Notes under the pieces: model-generated
Seen by the model: the letters and a program-made list of their open reading frames with translations, nothing else
What the model was told of the DNA's origin: nothing
Database searches by the model: none
Made by a program: the position numbers and the translations under genes
From: Chrysomallon squamiferum
Lineage: Eukaryota > Animalia > Mollusca
Assembly: GCA_012295275.1 (NCBI GenBank)
Contig: CM022671.1
Location: 31,930,001-31,994,000, forward strand
Reading direction: 5' to 3'
DNA length: 64,000 bases
In this document: positions 52,101-62,300 of the stretch, one piece after another
Position numbering within the stretch: the first letter of the stretch is position 1
Layout: every line of letters begins with the position of its first letter

Positions 52101-55100
52101 TTCTAGAATGTGGAATATTCTGTGAATCAAAAAGCTAGGCGATATGCATTTTCAAGAAAATACAAATCTTTTCATATATTGATATAAAATTATGAACCTA
52201 CCATGAAATATGTCCTAGTTATTTAAAATCAAGTTGGACAGCAGTTTTGTCTGTAATGTCTTCAAAACAGAACAGAACAAATGCAAGTTTCAGATTAATT
52301 TTTTTTTCTTTTTTTCCTGCTGTTTAATCTTAACTAATAACAATGTATAACAACAGAAATATATGGTTTACATACACCTGTATTTCTGTAGTTGTGATAT
52401 CATTAATACAGAACCGATCTATTTGATCTAATATTTATTCTAGTATCAAACAAAATATAGCTATCAGAATACTGTGTACACAGTGATAATAGAGTAAAAT
52501 GGAGCTGTTCATATGTTTTGTGGCAGTGTTATTTTCCTCTGAAACTTTCTTATTAGTGAAGACAGGTTTCCCAAAACAATGAAATTTTAGCTCAGAAGTA
52601 TAAAGAATATTATAAGACCATTTATTCATACCATGTGAAGTGTACTTTAATATTATGATATAATATCACAATTACTATATACTGAGTGAGCTACTGCATG
52701 ATTTCCTATCACAAATGCTGCACTGTTGTGTATAAAAGATAATGGTCTATGTATAAAATCACTGGTTTTAATGTCTCATTGTCAGTATAGCTCACCTTTG
52801 ACACCTAATTATTATTAATATAAACATGCACCATTTTTCATATTTATTGATTCACTGATTACTGAAGGATAATTAAATGTAATATAAAGAGACAATGTAA
52901 CTTACTCTTGATTGTTAAATATGTTGCCTAAATTTAGGGCCTTAAGAGAAAAATCTCCAAACATTGAGAGAAATCCTTCAACTGAAGACATCAGAGACTT
53001 GGGAACGGAGTCAAGCTTTTGTATTTCTTTCATTATAAGACCAGATGCAAATTTCACTGCTGCTCTTCCCAATTCTTTTAAAATTCTTTTAAATCCTTCA
53101 GTTAATTTACCATTTTCAAATATCTGTCCAATATGTTTGAATGTGAAATCTTTACACTTCTGGGTCCATTTTGGGACTATTTTTAGAGAATCTAGAAAAG
53201 GAGAAGGGTCAAGATAAAAACAACCACTGCTGTCATTGGTTTTCTTGCGCATGGCAACATGAATATGGCTGACACTGCAGCCATTGTTCCCAGCAGAAAT
53301 GCCAATATTTTTACTGGCTTCAACATAAATACCATCACTGTCCTTTTCTGGATACTCAGTGTTTGGAATTATATTAGATATAATGATTTCATAGTTTGAC
53401 AGATCAGACCCTACTGGCCTCAGAAGCAGAGAGCCGTCCTTTTCTTTGAACACCATAGCATTCACTGGACAAGGTATCTGCAAAACATGAAACAGATTTC
53501 AGCTTTTAAATTTTGTATACTTTTTTTTAGGTCATTAGAATTTCACAAAAAATAAAGAAATTATATAAGGTAATGGAGTACACATGAAAATGTGATAAAT
53601 ATGAAAACATAGTTTGACCCATATGACTTAATTTAAATTTTTTATAAATACCATTATGGTAAACTCAGGTTAGTCAAATATTTTATGTATTTTTCTCTTT
53701 TTTTCAGAAATTATGTCTGATTGGAGATGTATGTATGTATATATGCAGTATATTTACATGTGCTTGGAGATGCATGTAAACATGTATACAGTATATTTAC
53801 AAAGATTGGAGATGCATGTATAGATCTATGTATACAGTGTATTTATATGTGCTTGGATATGCATATATGTATACAGTATATCTGCATCTGCTTTGAGATG
53901 TAGGCATACAGAGTATTTATATATGCTTTGCGATACAGTATATCTGCATGTGCATTGAGATGTATCCATCTATGCATACAGTGTATTTATATGCTTTGAG
54001 ATATATGAATATATGTATACAGTATATCTGCATGTGCGTTGAGATGTATACTGGTTCTATACAGTATATTTGCATGTGCTTGGAGAAGCATGTATGTATA
54101 CATACAGAATATTTACGTGTATTTGGAGATGTATGTATGTATAGAGTATATTTACATGCTTGGAGATGCATGTATGTATACATATAGGGCATATTTGCAT
54201 GTGCTTTGTGATGTATATATGTATAGATACAGTAGATACAGTATATTTGCATGTGCTTGGAGAAGCATGTATATATACATACAGAATATTTACATGTATT
54301 TGGAGATGTATGCATGTATACAGTATATTTACATGCTTGAAGATGCATGTATGTATATATATAGGGCATATTTGCATGTGCTTTGTGATATATATATGTA
54401 TAGGTACAGTATATTTACATTTTCTTTGAAATGTATGTATCTATGTATACAATATATTTACAAGTGATTGGAGATGCACATATGTATGTATATTGTCTAT
54501 CCAAATATTGCAGCTCACATACTTATAACAATTTTTCTTCAAATATTTCCTGTGATAAAGACACACATGTTTTTAAACTAATTAAACTAATATTCTGAAT
54601 ATTTACTCTCCAATCCTTGTTGCTTTCTGAAATCAAGTCCACACCAGGTGTTGTGTATTTTTTACAGGTGTCTGTTGGGTAGGTACCACAACCACAAGTA
54701 TCATCACAGCCTTTTCTTTGACTAGGAAACTTTTCATAGAATTTGTTGCCAAATAAAGCATGGATTGTAGATTTAACTTTCTCAACTCTGAAAAGGAAAA
54801 GCACAAAGATACTTTCATTCATTTATATGAAGCTGTAAGACACAAAATGTATTTTGGGATGCAACACTATATAGTCACAGATCTGCTATTTGTTTGTTAA
54901 ATGGGACAGTTTGTATTATTATTAAAAAAAAAAAAAATTCAGTTTAATAAATATTAAAAGTAATGATATAAATACAAATGTTTTTTTTTTTTTTTAAAGT
55001 TAAACAATTTGAACAGAGTGACAAATTTTAACAACTAAAACAAAATGATAAACAACAAGGATATCTACGCTTCTTTAAAAGCCTCAAAAGATGACTTCAT

Positions 55101-56307
55101 CATTTCTGTAGCAATTTCTCGACTGTCAGATGCATCCTGAAATTTCTTTGGTGCTTGCTTTTGTATGTTTTCCAAATGTCCAACTAAAGTGTCCACAGCT
55201 TTCTGGATACTGGACGTTCCTTCTTCAACTGAATTACTCTGAAAAATAAGAAACATTCTTTTTAATAAATCCAAGTTTAAAACTACTGATGAATCCTAAG
55301 TAATTCATGCTTTATTGAAATCCCATTTTAAAATCAGCTGTAATTACCATTTAAAAGAGTTTGTTATATTTAATTTCTAACATCTGCTGCAGATTATATA
55401 TAACTTACAATCTGTGTTAATCCCATTTTGAATCCAGCAACAAATCCTGCATTCCTTTGTTTTGATTTTTCTTGTAACTTAAGACTGGCCAACTTCAACA
55501 TGGCAATCATATCTCCAATCTCCCCTCCATTTGACATCCATGTTGATTTGTCTCCTGTAAGAAAAAAAATTAATTAACTATTTCTTGTACCTCAGAAATA
55601 TTCACGTATCCATATGCACGTATTCAGCCATGCAGTCAAACACACACACACATACAAACACATATACATACAGATACACATTAAGCCCACACATAAACAC
55701 ATAAACACACACCTATATAACTGATATTCACAAATATACACACATGGACACAAATACACATACATGCACACAAACACAAACACATGCATAAAGTTCCTAA
55801 CCATCTCTTTTGACTTGTACTTCCATCTTTGACCATCAACACAATTTTATATGTACCATTTAAAAAATATATATATATATAAAATAAGTTTGTCTTATTT
55901 CATTAATAATTACTCATTTTAATTTCAATCTGATTTTCTATTCCATAATTTGAAACACATATAAGGAAATGAATGCAAAGTTTTAAGTTACACTAGCACT
56001 GTTTGTTTTACCTTTTAGCAAAGATGTTATCTCCCAAATAATTGAATTAGATTTTAACACTCTTGCCATTCCTAACTGATATCTGCAAGAGAAAGGACAG
56101 ACAATGTGCAATTTTTTTTGTATTTTAAATAATACTGTAATCTTTCATTCAAATAATTTATTAAAACAGAACATTAAAATAATAATATGAAATTAATGTT
56201 AGACATTTATGCAACTCATACTAAATTTTCTTTGTAATAAATTATTTTCAAACTATTCATTAACTGATGAATGCATAACTGCATCTTTGTTTATGCTGAT
56301 CAATATT

Positions 56308-56354
<47 letters not shown>

Positions 56355-59300
56355 AATAACTTTGACAGGAACTTAATAAGGCAAAAAAAATTTACTTTAG
56401 CCTTGTTTCCTCCAGTGCCCGGAATGACTGTGTTGGAGACTTAGCAATCTGATGCATTAGTTTTAAGGCATTATCGGTTGCGTCACTTATTTCTTTTTCA
56501 GCAAAAGGCAATCCAACCATAGCAACATCAGCAATGTTCTGTAAATACAAAATATATATGTATTTTGACATTCTTTCATTAAAATATGTTTTTATTTCAG
56601 TCTCTTTTTTTTTTTATATTGTTATCAAGTATATGGTTTTATTTTGATGTTTTTTTACTTTTTCATGAACTGATTAGTCTCTATTTGTCAATGACATTAC
56701 ATTCTCATCTAAAATCAAATTCAATTTGAAAAGCTTACAATTTAATATTACTGCAATCAAAACATAATTTTAAAAAACACAAAAACAAAACCATATATAT
56801 AAACTAGTATTCATAAGCAAAAGAATCTATACAAAATTATTTTTTATTCTATTAATGGAGAAAACTAAAGAAATATGTGAAAAATATTTTAGATCAGCCC
56901 CACTCTGATAAATGCAAATACCTTTTTATTTATAAATTTTTAAAAACTCATAAAATCTTTCAGTATTCTTTCTAGTTTGAAATTATAATTTGACAGAGTG
57001 AAATTAGTAGAAAAGAAAATATTCTGAAAATGTTTTGATGAAATGTATTCATCTCAGGTCTTCTCATCATGAACAGAAATTTAGTTTAACCTTTAAGCAC
57101 TATAAGCTTTTAAAACAATCAATACATACATTGTAAAAGTCCATGGCATCTGAATGAAGATCTTCTACAAGTGACTGTGCACTTTCAACTGTCTCCTTAA
57201 ACTTTATCATCCAAGGGAGACCACTGAACTGATTGGCAGTTCGTGTCAGGTTAAGTGCTGCATCCAGAGCTTTCTTGGTCAAGTTTGGAATTTCACTGGT
57301 AGCATTGACAAATGGTTCAAACACACTTTTCCTTATAAATTTGTTGTCAGTTTCTTTATCATCTGAAAACTGTTTGGCCATATCATTTGCAACATCAACC
57401 ATTGGTTTCATCATCTTGTCAACCATCTGATCAAAGGCACTGGAAATATCTTTTGCTAGATTCACTGAAAAGTCCTGAAATAAATGAAGATTTGCAGATG
57501 AGCCTGGAGTTTGTAGATGTGTTGCATTTTCCACAAAAAAAAAGGTCCACATACTCCTTTATTTACATGAAACAACTTTAATTTTAAATTATAAACTTAA
57601 ATAAATAAAATTAAATATTATAGTATGATACCTTATATATATTCATGTTGTATTCCAGTCGTCCTTTATAACAAACTTCTATCAACAAGATATCAAAATG
57701 AAGATCCAGCATTCCTACATGGGCCTCAGCAAACAATTTATCATCTACATTCAGATCTACAAAACCACTCAATGGTCCTGGCAGAAGAAGAATACAAATT
57801 TAGCTTAGTTTATTGAAAAGTATTAATATTTCATAACTGGAATAATTTCAACAAATATTCTATACAGACACACCAAAAAATGTCCTTCTCATATATATAT
57901 CTATCTATCTATGTATACATATGCATACACACATATTTTTTTGTTGAATATCAAATATAAATACTTATATTAATACTAATATAGGGACAAAACATAATTA
58001 AAACTGAAGAATTTTTTAGATTTTTATAGATATAAAATATAGTATGTTACTCTTTAAAATATTAGTACACATTACTTGTAAGAAGAGTATAAAACATTAT
58101 TATATATCAATGTTGGACCATTTATCAGGCTTCCAGAAAAAACAAATATCAGAAAACTGGTTTTAGAAGTCTATTAATCTGTATTAGTTAAATATAGTTT
58201 CATTTTTTACTTTATATTCTTTTGTTGTTATTGTGGGGTTGTTTTGTTTTTGTTTTTTTAAATTTTAAGTACAGATTAAGTTTTGGTCCAGAAAAATGGA
58301 AAATCCAGAATTAGCGGGTCACCTCAGTTTACTGGATAAATGGTCTGTTATCTATGTGCAAAACAGATGATCTTTATCAACAGAACAAATATCATTCCAA
58401 CAATAAATGAAATCTTACGAAATAATGCGTAAAGATGATTATCAAATTTAACCCCAAAGCTTGCTCCTATGTTTGTAGACCCAATGACTTTTGTCCACTC
58501 ATATGGTGGGATCTCCAGTTTGAATTCCAACAGAATTTTGTCAAGGAAACTTCTTTTGACCCTCATCACAGTGTGATAATTGTACTGGTTTCTGTCAATA
58601 TAAATTAATGTTGTAATAAAAGAAATTTTTTTTTTAAATGAGACAGGTTTTGTTTGTTGTTTGTTGATTCATTTAAATTCTTTTTTATTTCTTGCTATTG
58701 GCTATTACTTTTGGTGCTAATACTTTCAAATGGAAAGGAGTTACCCATTTTTATTATTATTTATTAATTGTGAATTAAAAAAAGAAAATTAAATGTTTTG
58801 GTAGATGCTTTCATAAATTAAAGTTAAAAATGGCATTAATTTTCTTAGTTTAACTTTTTTTCTTTCATTATTTCTTGTTTTTGGTTTCTATTTTTCACTA
58901 GTTTTCTGTGAAGTCTCGTTTTAAACAAAACTAAATAGACAATTCTTTTCTTGTCTAATGACATTACAGTGATAATATTTTTTTGAAATATGTTTTTTAC
59001 ATAATATATATAAAACATTCTGACCTCAGCAAGACATCACGGTGTGCAGCTGTAATTTCCTTTCCCTTTGGATGTTTTCTGTATTGTTCCCGAGCCATTT
59101 TTCTAACAGTTTCATCTTCATCAAACATTGCGCTTTCAAACAATGCCAGAGCACTCTGACAACAAACACCAACAAATGTAAATAAAATATTTAAAAAACA
59201 CTCTAATGGCTTTCAGTTTTGATCATAATATTGCCAACATGCATGTTTGTATTAATAAACAATAGTTTATCAGGAACCAGAGAAAGATCTCTTTTTCAAG

Positions 59301-62300
59301 TAAAATGAGATATCAACTGATTATCAGATTTAATGCAAATTAGGCTACCAAGTGGAGATATTGATGTAGGGGTGCTACTGTTGTTGTTGTTGTTGTTGTT
59401 GTTGTTGGCAGCAGTACCAAACAAATTAATAAAAAATAATTATATAATTATAATAGTATGTCACTCATATCATCACTATCATAATCACAATGATTATCAC
59501 CATTATCACCTTAACAACTATCAGAACCATTACCATCATAATAAATCATCATAATTATGTTCATAATAATAATTATCATAATTATGTTCATAATACTGAT
59601 CATGATTATTATAATCACCTTAATAATCACCATTATAATCACAACAATTATCATCATGATAACCCTAACCCTAACCCTAACCCTATTGATATCATCATAA
59701 TCAGCAGCATTTCATCATCATTATAATCATCACTTTAATATCATTATAATTGTTAGAGTTACTCACAGAGCAACATTATACTGCTATTATCATCATTCTA
59801 CAGACATAATCAATCCAAACATCAAAAACATTATTACAGTATAAAAATTGTAATGATTCCAAAACAAACCTCTGTACAATTATAGTGTCTCAGTGCTGTT
59901 ATGGCTGCCCTTTTCCATGCATGGTGAGCTGGGTTAGGGTGGGTGTGGGAGATAATGTGAGGCAGAGAGCGTTTCAGTGCAGCATTGCCTAAACTGTGAA
60001 TCAGAGTTGATCTTCCAAGGATGTACTCTTCTTCTTCATTTGTTATTTCAGTTAAAGGGACCGATCTTTTGACACGAATTGTAGCATTCACTGTAGTTAA
60101 ATATTAATTATCAAAATTTACATTGCAAGTTTACAACTGATTTTATGTAATTTGTAGGATTCACTGTTGTTAAATATTAATATCAAAACTTATTCATAGT
60201 TTACAATTGATTTTATGTAATTTGTAGCATCAGCTTAACTTAGCTGGATATAAACATAGATATTGTTTTATTATGTAACATTATGGAACAATTAAAAAAC
60301 AAAAATTTGAAAACTTAACAACTGTTTTAATGATTGCAAAGCATTTTTAACAAACTGTAATTTCAGTGATGTTCTATATTTTGAAAAAATAAAAAATATG
60401 CAGCATTAATTCTGTTTCATGGTAATCATATTTAAATTATATTTATACTGTTTACTAGATGCATTTTACATTTATATATAAAATAAGACTAATAGTTTCC
60501 AATGGTAATATGATCTTGATTGTTGTTATTTATTTATTTATTTATTTGATTATATTAATGAAAAAATCTTTAATGAAAGAATATGAATGAATTCAGATTC
60601 TCACATATGAAAATGTAAATAAATAAAAAAACAAGCTGCCCATTATTTCAAACATTTCTGACATATTTATAATATTTTAACATAACAATGAGTAATTTGT
60701 TAATGATTTACTCTGTCACTTTCAGAGTAAACAATCCACATCATATTGTTTTATGAGATTTCACTGACATGTTTGCATTTTGTTGTATCTAAATGGTGTT
60801 ATGGTTAACATTTTTACAGTTTACAATGTTTAGGGAAACTGGAACAAGGGAGATATAATTATATGACGTCACTGGGAGTATGCTTTAGTTTTTGTATGTA
60901 GCCATTTTGAAATGAAATAAATGTTTGGATACTAAAATGAATTTTATGTTTTTAATGATAAACGTAACACATTTAGTTATTGCTGCCTTGTTTTGTTTAG
61001 AAAAAAACATCATATTTTGGAAATGTATAAAATGTAATTATGCTACTGCCTTTGCAAATCAGTATCAGTATATTATATCTGTATTAAACCTATATAAGAT
61101 AATTAGCAAATCCTTGCTGGTCCACTTTGGTTTTGAAATCTACTTAGAGCTTTCATTAATTATTTTAAGTCTGTTTTTTTAATACAATTAATTTAAATGA
61201 TAATCAAGACAGAACATAATTAATTTGTTTTTACTGAAAGTTTAAGTAAAGAGATAAAATTCATATCTGGAAATGTACACATAATGAAGATTTTAAAACT
61301 TACCCTGTTTGTGTTTGTGAATCCAGCTTTCAATTTTTTCTACTATGCGTTCTGCCTCCAGTGTTCTTTCCTTGGCTAAGTTTTTAGCAAGTGAACCCAA
61401 AGCAAGACAAGCCCGCCGTTGTGTTAGTGTGAGATTCATAGACCCTGGTTTCAAAACGAAAACAGCATTCAAATCATCATTCTGACAATAAATTTTCTTC
61501 ATCTTTTTTTTTTTTTATGGGTTATTTTTTTATTTCTTTTTTTATTTAATTATATTTTGTTTTCTGTTGTTGTTTGTTAAAAATATATAATCTAAATTGT
61601 AAAAGGATTCAGATAAAATTATTAGACTGTATATATATATATTATCAGTAATTATTTCATTCACTGTTAATCTATAAATTAAATAAGTGATTTGAATAAT
61701 TAATAAGTAGAATTTATAAATTAAAATAAATTAAATTACAAAATACATTTTATAAAAAAATATAAATAAGCCAAAAGTAAAATACCATACCATGTAATGA
61801 ATTATTTACACCCAGGCAAAATCGTTCAATAGCTTCTAAAAAATCCTGTCAAAAAATTAATAATAATAATAATAATAATATATATATGCGTGTGTGTGTG
61901 TGCAGTGGAAACTGACAAAACCAGATCACCACAGTACCTTATAAAATATTCAGTATGAATGGGATGTATGTATGTATGTATGTATGTACTGTACAATTTA
62001 TGTCTCATTTTTAACTTTAAAAATCCCATACAAACCAAAAAGTTTAAATTTTATTGTATTTTTAAAACATCAAAGTTATATCATGAGTGTCACTGTGTAT
62101 GCTCAGGCATGCCAGAACCATCTCCATGTGAGTTATTTCACTATGTCTTATTTGCATGCTATTTTACATCTCATTTTCCCACCACTCTTGTTCTTTTCAT
62201 ATTCAGAATAATATTCATTCTTTTTCTTTAAAATATCTAATACTGTTGAAGTGCCAATTAACAATTTCTCAGCTAACAGTTTCTGATTTAATTTGGGTAT

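Noticed and set aside
53721-54467. Overlapping ORFs on both strands
   Set aside because: Produced by the ~40-bp minisatellite
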